Shown: positions 13,387-26,514 of the stretch, in pieces
How the letters are laid out: every line of letters starts with the position of its first letter
Position numbering within the stretch: the stretch's first letter is position 1
Made by a program: the position numbers and the translations under genes
Source of the DNA: Pecten maximus
Taxonomy: Eukaryota
Reading direction: 5' to 3'
NCBI RefSeq assembly: GCF_902652985.1
Contig: NC_047024.1
Coordinates: 4,030,001-4,094,000 of the forward strand
DNA length: 64,000 nt
The notes under the pieces: generated by a model
What the model was told of the DNA's origin: nothing
The model's input: the letters and a program-made list of their open reading frames with translations, nothing else
The model's database searches: none

Positions 13387-13935
13387 TACCTCCTAGGAAT
13401 ATCTGACACTTATTACCTCCCGGGAATACCTGACACTTTGTACCTCCTCGGAATACCTGACACTTTGTATCTATCGGGAATACCTGACACTTTGTACCTC
13501 CCTGGAATACCCGACACTTTGTACCTCCTCAGAATACCTGACACTTTGTACCTCCCTGGAATACCCGACACTTTGTACCTCCCGGGAATACCTGACACTT
13601 TGTACCTCCCGGGAATACCTGACACTTTGTACCTCCCGGGAATACCTGACACTTTGTACCTCCCGGGAATACCTGACACTTTGTACCTCCCGGGAATACC
13701 TGACCTCCTAGGAATACCTGACACTTTGTACCTCCTGGGAATACCTGACACTTTGTACCTTTCGGGAATACCTGACACTTTGTACCTCCCGGGAATACCT
13801 GACACTTTGTACCCCCGGGAATACCTGACACTTTGTACCTCCCGGGAATACCCGACACTTTGTACCTCCCGGGAATACCTGACACTTGGTACTTCCCAGA
13901 AATATCACTTTGTACCTCCCGGGAATACCTGACTT
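13387..13935. repeat. 27-bp minisatellite
   Basis: tacctcccgggaatacctgacactttg, about 20 copies. Confidence 0.93.
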
Positions 13936-14371
13936 ATCTAGATGTTACTGTGAATACTGAGATTAGAAACAGAATCTACATAACCTAAAAGACTGTCACC
14001 CAATGTATTGAACCTGTCTTAATCAAAAAGAGAAAAAGAATGGGGTTAAAGTTTCATAGTATTAAAACAATAATGTACAACATGTTGAGAAACATATGTC
14101 TTCCATAAATATTCCACTATAAGGCTTTGATTGACATCACATCATCATTAGATCAAATAATGTGCCTTCAAGTGTCTGTGTATGTGTTATAAGTCCTCCC
14201 AACTAATCAGAGATATTTGTTTCTAGGTTAGATCTGCTGGTTATAATAGATAAACATGGTGTGAAGGTCATTCTGTATATATACATATTAGGTTTGTGTT
14301 TCCATTTTGGACCTATTTTACCTGTGTTTCTAGTGAGTGAAGGTCATTCTTTCACCTTATCTTTTGGTCAG

Positions 14372-14925
14372 GTGATGCTGTGGATCCAAGCCAAGGTCAA
14401 ATCACCGATCTGGGATCATTCACGGATAGTTACTACAGGAATGCAATGACTACAGGTGCCAATGCAATGCCTTCATCAGGATTTATTGTACAACAGTTAG
14501 GTCAAGGTCATGGACAGACAATTTCACAACAGAGCCAAGGTCAAATTCTTACAAAAGTTCAGGGTCATATTGGTTCGAATGTTTATGGTTGTGGACAGTG
14601 TCTATTACGATGTGAAGGTAAAGAGGGATTACGTAAGCATGTTTTAGATGTTCATGGTGCACAGTTTACCCATATCTGTTTTGATTGTGGTAAACTGTTC
14701 AAGTCCTACCAAGGCTACAAGAAACATGAGAAATTCCTACATAGAGATGGTGGTGATTTCAAGAGGTGTCCAATATGTGGTCGGAACTTCCCTAATGACA
14801 GTAGTCTCAAACAGCACCAACTGAAGCACGCAGATAGCAAACCATACACCTGTGATAAGTGTGGCAGATCCTACAAGTATCTAACCTCCCTCCACTACCA
14901 CACCTGTGTCACACAGGGACAGTAA
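14372..14925 (+). CDS. Putative alternative terminal exon 7: 4 zinc fingers
   Basis: Acceptor cttatcttttggtcAG at 14370-14371, phase 1 with ORF 14380..14925. Confidence 0.88.
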
Positions 14926-15281
14926 CACCACACCTGTGTCACACGGGGACAGTAACATCACACAGGGACAGTAACACCACACCTGTGTCACACAGGGACA
15001 GTAACACCACACCTGTGTCACACAGGGACAGGTAACACTACACCTGTGTCACACGGGGACAGGTAACACCAAACCTGTGTCACACGGGGACAGTAACACC
15101 ACACCTGTGTCACACAGGGACAGGTAACACTACACCTGTGTCACACGGGGACAGGTAACACCAAACCTGTGTCACACGGGAACAGTAACACCACACCTGT
15201 GTCACACAGGGACAGTAACACCACACCTGTGTCACACAGGCACAGTAACACCACACCTGTGTCACACAGGCACAGTAACAC
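14897..15281. repeat. 30/31-bp minisatellite that includes the last codons and stop of exon 7
   Basis: caccacacctgtgtcacacagggacagtaa, about 12 copies. Confidence 0.9.
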
Positions 15282-15399
15282 GTGGCAGTGGTATACAGGT
15301 ATTCTCACTTTAATATGGGATTTCCTATTCTTTTAAATCCTATTCAGATCTTGGGTGCTTGAATGTGATCAACAATTTCTGTTGAACAATTAATGTTGT

Positions 15400-15730
15400 G
15401 TCATCAATTTCTGCTTGACAAGGATAGTTATGTCATCAGTTTCTGTCAGACTATAATAGTTGGCATAAGTTTCTGTTTGACAATGATGTCATCAATTTCT
15501 GTTTGACAGTGATGTGTCATCAGTTTCTGTTAGACAATAATAGTTATGTGATCAGTTTCTGTTAGACAATAATAGTTGTTTCATCAGTTTCTGTTAGACA
15601 ATAATAGTTGTGTCATCAGTTTCTGTTAGATAATAATAGTTGTGTCATCAGTTTCTGTTAAATAGTTGTTTCATCAGTTTCTGTTAGACAATAATAGTTG
15701 TTTCATCAGTTTCTGTCGGACAATAATAGC
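15400..15730. repeat. ~31-bp degenerate minisatellite
   Basis: tcatcagtttctgttagacaataatagttgt units. Confidence 0.82.
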
Positions 15731-16224
15731 ATTTAGTTATGTTCCATTCTACTGTAATCTTCATGGTTCCAGTATTTTACTGTAAATAAGTATGGCAACT
15801 TGTTTTATATGATTTGATTATCTTTATCCAGCAAGTCAAATGTCACATGCCTAATAATAATTAAAGATGAAGTTTGAATATCCGAACAGCAATTCAAATT
15901 TAATTTTAAACTGTTGTGTTGAGTATTTTATCAGGTAGAAATACCGTTCAGACATTTATCATTTCCCCAGAGTGATGGACTGCTTATTAGTTTGATGATG
16001 TTTGTGTTAAGCAAGCTAGGGAAACTGGACAAGACCACATTTGTGAATAATTAATAATGATCAGTTGAAAGAGTTTGTGTTTACTTTTCTCAATGTTTTT
16101 CTGTTAATATAATAAAAAGAATTAAGATGGAAACATACTGTTTTTGTTTTGTCTATATGGTTCTGTTGTCTTCTCGAGTATAAAGTAATATTACTATGTA
16201 AACATAGTAGTCTAGGTATAAAGT

Positions 16225-18836
16225 AACATTACGATGTTGACACAGTAATCGTGGACATACTAGGCCTGTAACTATTACAATGTTGACACAGTAGTCGTGG
16301 ACGTACTAGGCCTGTAATATTACAATGTTGACACAGTAGTCGTGGACGTACTAGGTCTGTAACATTACAATGTTGACACGGTAGTCGTGGACGTACTAGG
16401 TCTGTAACATTACAATGTTGACACGGTAGTCGTGGACGTACTAGGCCTGTAATATTACAATGTTGACACAGTAGTCGTGGACGTACTAGGTCTGTAACAT
16501 TACAATGTTGACACAGTAGTCGTGGACGTACTAGGTCTATAACATTACAATGTTGACACAGTAGTCTTGGACGTACTAGGTCTATAACATTACAATGTTG
16601 ACACGGTAGTCGTAGACGTACTAGGTCTGTATCATTACAATGTTGACACAGTAGTCGTGGACGTACTAGGCCTGTATCATTACAATGTTGACACAGTAGT
16701 CGTGGACGTACTAGGTCTATAACATTACAATGTTGACACAGTAGTCTTGGACGTACTAGGTCTATAACATTACAATGTTGACACAGTAGTCGTGGACGTA
16801 CTAGGTCTGTATCATTACAATGTTGACACAGTAGTCGTGGACGTACTAGGTCTATAACATTACAATGTTGACACAGTAGTCGTGGACGTACTAGGCCAGT
16901 AACATCACAACGTTGACACAGTAGTCATGGACGTACTAGGTCTGTAACATTACAATGTTGACACAGTAGTCGTGGACGTACTAGGTCTGTAACATTACAA
17001 TGTTGACACAGTAGTTGTGGACGTACTAGGTCTGTATCATTACAATGTTGACACGGTAGTCGTGGACGTACTATGTCTGTAACATTACAATGTTGACACA
17101 GTAGTCGTGGACGTACTAGGCCTGTAACATTACAATATTGACACGGTAGTCGTGGACGTACTAGGTCTATAACATTACAATGTTGACACAGTAGGCGTGG
17201 ACATACTAGGTCTGTAGCATTACAATGTTGACACGGTAGTCGTGGACGTACTAGGCCAGTAACATCACAATGTTGACACAGTAGTCATGGACGTACTAGG
17301 TTTGTAACATTACAATGTTGACACAGTAGTCGTGGACGTACCCGGTCTGTTACATTACAATGTTGACACAGTAGTCATGGACGTACTAGGTCTGTAACAT
17401 TACAATGTTGACACAGTAGTCGTGGACGTACTAGGTCTGTAACATTACAATGTTGACACGGTAGTCGTGGACGTACTAGGCCTGTAACATTACAATGTTG
17501 ACACAGTAGTCGTGGACGTACAAGGTCTGTAACATTACAATGTTGACACGGTAGTCGTGGACGTACTAGGCCTGTAACATTACAATGTTGACACGGTAGT
17601 CGTGGACGTACAAGGCCTGTAATATTACAATGTTGACCCAGTAGTCGTGGACGTTCTAGGTCTAACATACATTACAATTTTGACACAGTAGTCGTGGACG
17701 TACTAGGTCTGTAACATTACAATGTTGACACAGTAGTCGTGGACATTCTAGGTCTGTATCATTACAATGTTGACACAGTAGTCGTGGACGTACTAGGTCT
17801 GTAACATTACAATGTTGACACAGTCGTGGACGTACTAGGTCTGTAACATTACAATGTTGACACAGTAGTCGTGGACGTACTCGGTCTGTAACATTACAAT
17901 GTTGACACAGTAGTCGTGGATGTACTAGGCCAGTAACATTACAATGTTGACACAGTCGTGGACGTACTAGGTCTGTAACATTACAATGTTGACACAGTAG
18001 TCGTGGACATTCTAGGTCTGTAACATTACAATGTTGACACAGTAGTCGTGGACGTACTAGGTCTGTATCATTACAATGTTGACACAGTAGTCGTGGACGT
18101 ACTAGGTCTGTAACATTACAATGTTGACACGGTAGTCGTGGACGTACTAGGCATGTATCATTACAATGTTGACACAGTAGTCGTGGACGGACTAGGTCTG
18201 TATGATTACAATGTTGACACAGTAGTCGTGGACGTACTAGGCCTGTATCATTACAATGTTGACACAGTAGTCGTGGACGTACTAGGTCTGTAACATTACA
18301 ATGTTGACATAGTAGTCGTGGACGCACTAGGCCAGTAATATTACAATGTTGACACAGTAGTCGTGGACGTACTAGGTCTGTAACATTACAATGTTGACAC
18401 GGTAGTCGTGGACGCACTAGGTCTGTATCATTACAGTGTTGACACAGTAGTCGTGGACGTACTAGGTCTGTATTATTACAATGTTGACACAGTAGTCGTG
18501 GACGTACTAGGCCTGTAACATTACAATGTTGACACAGTAATCGTGGACGTACTAGGTCTGTATCATTACAATGTTGACACAGTAGTCGTGGACGTACTAG
18601 GTCTGTAACATTACAATGTTGACACGGTAGTCGTGGACGTACTAGGTCTGTAACATTACAATGTTGACACAGTAGTCGTGGACGTACTAGGTCTGTAATA
18701 TTACAATGTTGACACAGTAGTCGTGGACGTACTAGGTCTGTAACATTACAATGTTGACACAGTAGTCGTGGACGTACTAGGTCTGTATCATTACAATGTT
18801 GACACAGTAGTCGTGGATGTACAAGGCATGTAACAT
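16225..18836. repeat. 45-bp minisatellite, about 58 copies
   Basis: acaatgttgacacagtagtcgtggacgtactaggtctgtaacatt; head-to-tail, no unique spacers. Confidence 0.96.
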
Positions 18837-19700
18837 CATCAAAGTTACTGTTGCTTTCACCAGAATCAATATGCTACTTGAGGTGGAATAGGGTTATAGT
18901 GTGAGACACTTGATCAATACATTTGTATGTGTAAGGAGAACGTCGATACAGAAACCAGGATCAATATGTCTCTGTCGAGGGAAGCTGCTCAGGCCGGAAT
19001 AAATGTTTGTCTGCAAGCAAGTATAGAGAACTGGTAGACTGAGCTCAGGGGTGGGTTACCAGAGTAGTGACACAGCCAAGATTTGGAATGTAGCATAAGG
19101 GAGCAGAAAATGAACCGTTTGGAATGTAGAATTAGGATTTAGAGATCAAACATTTGGAATGTAGAATTAAGATTTAGAGATCAAACATTTGGAATGTAGA
19201 ATAAGGGTTTAGAGAACAATTATATTCATTCTGAATATCAAGCACTGTTTATCATTATTGAGTTCAAAACATCTTTTATAAAAAAAAGAAAAAGAACAAA
19301 ATAAAGACTTTAATCTTGATGTTCTTTTCTATGAACAATTGAAAACAAAATGTGTATGGCCACATGAACATTAAACAACCAAATATACGAACATTTCATT
19401 ATACAATGGAGTCCAACCTCTCTGTACCTTTATCGTACAACTTTAAAGCCCTAATGTTCGTTTGTATAGCGAGCATGCTGTCATAATAACCCCAAAGGTT
19501 GACTTCTGTAGGATATGTGTATGATTTGTGTGATAATCTCATAGGTTGACCTCTGTGAATATATGTATGACTATAGTGATGACCTCATAGGTTGACCTGT
19601 GAATATATGTATGACTATAGTGATGACCTCATAGGTTGACCTCTGTGAATATGTTATGTATGAATTGTAATGATAGTGTTTGACCCTTGTCTTTGGTTAG

Positions 19701-20302
19701 GTGATGCTTCCACCAAAGGGCCGTCTCAAGATCTCTACCTGTCTAATGTCAAGTCAGCCAAGAAGTCTGCAACAAGATATTTGGACCAATCTTTAATTCA
19801 AGGTCATGGAATTGCTGCATTGCAAGGTCAAGGTCATGGCAATGACAAGTTCCAAGGTCAAGGACAGGCTAATCAACTAGGTCAAAGTCATATCAATACA
19901 ACATCAAATATAAATCAAGGGCCTGTATTTCCCTCTGGTCAGGGCCGCGTGGGTCCAAACCTATATGGCTGTGGATTGTGTCTGGTTGTTTGTCATGGTA
20001 AAGAGGGTTTACGAGACCATGTTTGGTCATGTCATGGAACACAGTTCAGGTATATCTGTTACGAATGTGGTAAAGTGTTCAGGTCCTACCATGGACACAA
20101 GAAACATGACAAGTTGGTACACCAGGGAGGGGTAGACTGTAAGACCTGTCAGATCTGTGGTAAAGTGTTCATCGATAACAGCAGTCTTAAACACCATCTA
20201 CACACACATTCTGACGACCGCCCATTCACCTGTGATAAGTGTGGAAAATCTTACAAGTATGCTACAACGCTAAAGGAACATGTATGTGTACGGATCCAGT
20301 GA
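19701..20302 (+). CDS. Putative alternative terminal exon 8: QG-rich linker plus 4 zinc fingers
   Basis: Acceptor cttgtctttggttAG at 19699-19700, phase 1 with ORF 19670..20302. Confidence 0.88.
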
Positions 20303-20815
20303 GATCTAGCGGCAAGAAGGAAAAACTGTACATAAATTACGCCCATACCCATACAAATAGGAAGAGACCTTGATGTTGATGTGATACCATGAACAGTCTT
20401 CATACTGGCTTAAAGACATGTAGTTGACCTAGTGTTTGAATTCAGAAAGTGTATAAAAAGTTTGATTCATTTATTTGAAAAGTGGTTCAGAGACAAGGAT
20501 GTTGGGCTGTGGAGAGAGGTAAATGTTTTGCCTGTATGCTGTTTAGCAGTACAAGATGTCTACGGAACTGTTAAGGCAAGGATTGGGGAGACAGGAGATA
20601 TGTCGTGTTCACAGTTGTAAACGATACTTTACCGTAGAGATAGCAATGAGACTTGTGTTTACCATAGGAACATAACAGCTAGGGATGCCGAGGGGGTTGT
20701 CAAAGACAACCGAGTCGGATTCAATGGTTTTGTATTAGATTATATATAGGTAAGAAACTTGTTATATGTTCCAGGTAGTATGGATGAACTCGCCTAGTAC
20801 ACAAAAGACAATTTC

Positions 20816-21040
20816 TTCTATATGGCGCTGTAGTGATGTGTCTCACTAGATGGCGCTGTAGTGATTTATTACACTAGATGGCACTGTAGTGACGTATCAC
20901 ACTAGATGGCACTGTAGTGACGTATCTCACTAGATGGCGCTGTAGTGACGTATCACACTAGATGGCGCTGTAGTGATTTATTACACTAGATGGCGCTGTA
21001 GTGAAGTATCACACTAGGTGTCGCTGTAGTGATGTATTAC
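20816..21040. repeat. 28-bp tandem repeat, about 8 copies, each with a CTCF-like motif CACTAGATGGC(G/A)CT
   Basis: cactag at 20844, 20872, 20900, 20928, 20956, 20984 and 21012. Confidence 0.88.
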
Positions 21041-21191
21041 AAGACAATATAATCCGTATTTAGTTTGATATCTGTGCATGTTATATATTTGGGGTGGCTA
21101 CACACTAAACGTGATCTGATTCTCCTTTGTAACTGTTGTATAACAATAAAGATATTACTAAGACAAAGTTTTCATCTTTTGTTTTCTATAG

Positions 21192-21592
21192 GTTTGTCCC
21201 CCTCTGACAGTGCGGGCTTGTTTTATCCTTCTCACACTGAGAGAACACAGTTTGCCTGTCAAATCTGCAAGATTATCCAATACTTCCCCGACATGGGAAG
21301 TTTGCGGGACCATATTTTATCACGCCACAAGGAAGACTACCAGGAGTTCTGTTTGCTATGTGGCAAGGGCTTCAAATCTGTCAGCGGGTTCAGCGACCAC
21401 CAAAAAATATATCATGGTTCTGGTAAACAGAAATTTTGTTGTGAAGTTTGTGGTAAATGTGTAGCACGAAAAAGTCACCTTGAGGTACACATGCGCCGCC
21501 ACTCTGATGTCCGGTCCTTTGGCTGCCTTACTTGTATGAAATCATTTAAACACAAACACCAGCTCCGGCACCACGTCTGTTTCCCTGAATAG
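21192..21592 (+). CDS. Putative alternative terminal exon 9: 4 zinc fingers
   Basis: Acceptor catcttttgttttctatAG at 21190-21191, phase 1 with ORF 21065..21592. Confidence 0.87.
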
Positions 21593-22249
21593 TGTAAGTT
21601 CTCCTTCTTACCCTCTTAACATTGATAGCTGTTTAATAACCCATCCTATATATAAAACCCTGGATAATGATATGTATGCTGATGAACATTATAGCAAACC
21701 TATTGTAGTGGCAGTCATAGCCTAATGAATACAAAGCATGGGATAACACTATTTCTGTGAAGGGCGATGTTCTTAAGGTTAAATTAGGATGCTGTATCTA
21801 CTGTACTGTAATGTTCACTGTAATTTACAGCCTGGTTGCATTCATGTGACAAGATACTGACAACTCTAGGGTCATGTGACCAAATTCTATCTACATGTGG
21901 TCATGTGACCTCTTGCTATATTCCATATGATCCTGTCTACTCAAGAGTCATGTGACCTGATAATAATCTATACTCTCTTTACAATGATGAAAATCTGATG
22001 TTGTCTATAGGGTATGGTTAGATGCTGATCCTATGATCACTTTAGGTCCTTACCATCACTGACCAGTCCTTAGGGACTATCTAGCTGTGTGGTGCAGTTA
22101 AAGTCATTTTGGCTGTACTGTATCTAATGCTCAATTAGTTTTGAAATGTTGTGTATCTTGTAGAATCGTTTGTAGAGTTGTATGACCTTGATAGATGTCC
22201 TGTTGTTTCTCTGTTACTATAGTCACACCACTTTTGTTTATATCCATAG

Positions 22250-22671
22250 GGATGACAGACAGAGAGATGAAGAAGTTGGGGCCGGACTGGGATTTGGAAG
22301 AAGAGAAGGACAGGGAAGAAGAAGAGAAGGTGCGGAAATATAGCTGCAACATCTGTCTGCATTCCTACTCCCAGATTGACCTACTCAAGGAGCACTTGCT
22401 CGTTAATCATGGCACTGAGTTCTCACTCTTTTGTTTCGAGTGTGGCAAAGGCTTTAAATCTGCTGGAGGATTAAAAGGTCACAGAAAGGTCACACATTCT
22501 GATGGAGCAGATGTACATGAGTGTGATATTTGTGGCAGAGTTTTCCCGCATAAGAGTAACCTCAATTCACACATGGTTAGTCACTCGGATCACCGTCCCT
22601 TCTTGTGTAAAGTCTGTGGAAAATCATACAAACGAAAACAGAACTATAAAGAACATATGTGTAATTTGTAA
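22250..22671 (+). CDS. Putative alternative terminal exon 10: acidic linker plus 4 zinc fingers
   Basis: Acceptor cttttgtttatatccatAG at 22248-22249 (alternative 22221-22222), both phase 1. Confidence 0.86.
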
Positions 22672-22786
22672 AATCTGCATAATTGTGTACAAATGATTGA
22701 GGAACTTTAGTGTTTGGAAAGTTGTACATGTACAAACAAAAGTGTAAAGGCCATGAGCTTTGTGGTAAAATCTGTAGAAAGTAGGG

Positions 22787-23540
22787 TAAAATCTCACACC
22801 AGTAAGTGTGGATACAGTTGTCCATGGTAAGATCAGCTCCTTCTCAACCGTACAGTAAAATCTCACGCCAGTAAGTGTGGATACAGTTGTCCATGGTAAG
22901 ATCAGCTCCTTCTCAACCGTACAGTATAATCTCACACCAGTAAGTGTGGATACTTCTCAACCGTACAGTAAAATCTCACACCAGTAAGTGTGGATACATC
23001 TCAACCGTACAGTAAAATCTCACACCAGTAAGTGTGGATACTTCTCAACCGTACAGTAAAATCTCACATCAGTAAGTGTTGATACTTCTCAACCGTACAA
23101 TAAAATCTCACACCAGTAAGTGTTGATACTTCTCAACCGTACAGTAAAATCTCATGCCAGTAAGTGTGGATACATCTCAACCGTACAGTAAAATCTCACA
23201 CCAGTAAGTGTGGATACTTCTCAACCGTACAGTAAAATCTCACACCTGTAAGTGTGGATACTTCTCAACCGTACAGTAAAATCTCACACCTGTAAGTGTG
23301 GATACTTCTCAACTGTACAGTAAAATCTCACACCAGTAAGTGTGGATACTTCTCAACCGTACAGTAAAATCTCACACCGGTAGATGTGGATACTTCTCAA
23401 CCGTACAGTATAATCTCACACCAGTAAGTGTGGATACTTCTCAACCGTACAGTAAAATCTCACACTAGTAAGTGTGGATACTTCTCACCCGTACAGTAAA
23501 ATCTCACACTAGTAAGTGTTGATACAGCTGTCCTTGGTAA
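22787..23540. repeat. 44-bp minisatellite
   Basis: gtaaaatctcacaccagtaagtgtggatacttctcaaccgtaca repeated. Confidence 0.93.
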
Positions 23541-24194
23541 GAGAATGATGGACTCATCAGTATAATGACCGGCACTAGTCTGAATCTGTGAATTTTATTA
23601 TGAAGGAATGAATTAGTTGTGACTGAGATTAACCATACTTAAAAGAGAATGTAGTTTTCAGATCATGAACATATTTTAGTTGAATTTGATTGCTAAAAAA
23701 AAGTTTTAGTAAGTCTGTTGAGTGATAGGATGTATCTTGGCTTCAGTTTAACAATTTTATATTTATCAAAACTTACAGTAGAAAGCTGTGTAAAATGGTA
23801 GGTTACTTACTTTTCCGTATACATGTATCAATTTATCATTAACTAGTCTGATATCTTTGTCCCAGTGACTCGGCTTTAGATAAGTTACATTGTATTGTTT
23901 TGATACATTTACAACTGCACAGTTTGTGCATCCACTGATGTCAAAACATTGGTGTGAAGATGCTTGATCAACATAGATGTATACACAACTATCGGATACA
24001 GATTTATGTACAATCAATGAAGTCTGCAAGTAATAGAGGAAAGTTGAGGAAGATTATAAGTAATGTGTTTAAAGTCAAGCAAACAGCCATGAACATCGGT
24101 CTGTGTGTGGAAAGTTAACATTGTTAAAATTGTAAGATGGAACCTCTCTATCTTCATATGACTTTCGCTGTTAGCATCGTATTAACCATTGACA

Positions 24195-24728
24195 TCAGAT
24201 GACCTTGACATACTAATAGACAGATTAGATCATATGATCTTGACCCACTCATTGACAAATTAGATAATAGTGACCTTGACCTTCTCGAAGACAGATTAGC
24301 TTATATGACCTTGACCTACTAACAGACAGATAACATCATATGACCTTGACCCACTCATTGATAGATAGTGACCTTGACCTACTCGTAGATATATTAGGTT
24401 ATCTTATCTTATCCTGACTTACTAACAGAATAAGATTATATGACCTGAACCTTTTAATAGACATATTTGATTATGTGACCTTTGACCTATTCATAGACAG
24501 ATTAGATTATGACCTATTGACAGACATGTTAGATTATGTGACCTTGAGCTATTGACAGACATTAGATTATGTGACCTTGACCTACTAATAGACATATTAG
24601 ATTATGTGACCTTGAGCTATTGACAGACATGTTAGATTATGTGACCTTGACCTACTAATAGACATTAGATTATGTGACCTTGACTTACTAATTGACCAAT
24701 AAGATTATGTGACCTTGACCTACTAACA
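24195..24728. repeat. Degenerate TGACCTTGACC-containing minisatellite
   Basis: gattatgtgaccttgacctactaatagacatta-like units. Confidence 0.8.
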
Positions 24729-25799
24729 GTTATGATATATGTTTAGATAATAATGTGACTGTGTACCTGTACTGATACAGGTAAGGTCTGTAGGCTTTGT
24801 ACTTGTTTATCCAGTCTGAACAGATCTTTTTGGACAATTGTTCCTGACCACTTTTGTAAATAGTTTCCCTAATATGTATGAATTATAGGAGATTATATTT
24901 CTTTCCCATATGAATAAGCAGTTGGATATTCTTGTAGCCTAATTCTGATGTTTATGTCTCGGTGTGTCTACTGCATTGCTAAAACCTTTAACTCCCTTGT
25001 GTTAACCCCTTCGGGGGCAAGACGGGGTAACCACCTCGTGGGTGGTATGGGCGATCTCGGGCAGATACTGAAGCTGATACACTTGAGGTGTGCTGAGTGT
25101 TTGATAACTAAGGAATCTTTCCCTGGAGATTGAGATAGATATACCTCAACTCAAGAGTTTAACAGTTTAATACAAGGCTTTGCCAAGTGCAAACTTTTTA
25201 AAAATCTGATCCTGAAGGTTGGGATGTCTCTACTACATCTCACCTGGGTGATTGATTACATTTCTCTTACAACTAAATTGATGATATAACTACACTTAAC
25301 ATGTTTACATTTACACTACACATGTACGTCTGATACAATTGATGAATCAATGAAACCATTTTATTTTGAGTTACAATATCAGGTGTTTTGATTAGCTATA
25401 GGGAAGACAGATCTTTTCCCCATAAACAGACTATATCTATGTCGTGTGGGAGAGCAATATTTCCTGATATTTGTCTCCCATTAATGTGGATCCTATATTT
25501 GTCTCTCACTGTTTATTGCTCATTGACCCATGATGTTTGTCTCGCTGTTTATTGCTCATTGACCTCTGACATTTGTCTCTCATTTTGTATAGTAGATATA
25601 TGTCTCCTGGTTACAAGTTTCTCCTGGTTACAAGTTTACACATGGCAGTGTTGTTTTGAGTGTTTGTAATTTGCTATCATTGGTGATGTACTCATCGGCT
25701 TTTAGTGTTCTATATTAAATGATTAAAATTAACATTTTGTTTTGTCATACTTTATTAGATCATCAATTAGAAGTAAATGAGCTAATGCTGTTCCACATA

Positions 25800-26455
25800 C
25801 ATCCACAGAACATGTTGGGTACACTGAACATCATCCACAGAACATGTTGGGTAAACTAAACATCATCCACAGAACATGTTGGGTACACTGAACATCATTC
25901 ACAGAACATGTTGGGTACACTGACTTCATCCACAGAACATGTTGGGTACACTGAACATCATCCACAGAACATGTTGGGTACACTGAACATCATCCACAGA
26001 ACATGTTGGGTACACTGAACATCATCCACAGAACATGTTGGGTACACTGAATGTCATCCACAGAACATGTTGGGTACACTGAACATCCACATAACATGTT
26101 GGGTACACTGAACATCATCCACAGAACATGTTTGGTACATTAACATCATCCACAGAACATGTTTGGTACACTGAACATTGACATAACATGCTGGGTACAC
26201 TGAACATCCACAGAACATGTTGGGTACACTGAACATCATCCACAGAACATGTTTGGTACATTAACATCATCCACAGAACATGTTGGGTACACTGAACATC
26301 ATCCACAGATTATGTTGGGTACACTGAACATCCACAGAACATGTTTGGTACACTGAACATCCACAGAACATGTTGGGTACACTGAACATCCACAGAACAT
26401 GTTGGGTACACTGAACTTCATCCACAGAACATGTTGGGTACACTGAACATGATCC
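25800..26455. repeat. 30/33-bp minisatellite
   Basis: catccacagaacatgttgggtacactgaacat repeated. Confidence 0.92.
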
Positions 26456-26514
26456 ATGTGACAAGCAAAATAGCTACAAACTGTGTTATGTATTGCTTCT
26501 TATTAAAACATTAT

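Noticed and set aside
17375-18417. Cys/His-rich repetitive ORFs (also 2125-2656, 6614-7096, 11582-11926, 13413-13932, 26054-27339, 30305-31151, 38630-39725, 48820-49620)
   Set aside because: Translations of minisatellites whose units lack stops in some frames; open in several frames and strands.
16225-18836. Long regular arrays (also 32205-35460, 50485-52632, 55754-57838) as CRISPR arrays
   Set aside because: Head-to-tail units without unique spacers, no cas genes, eukaryotic context.
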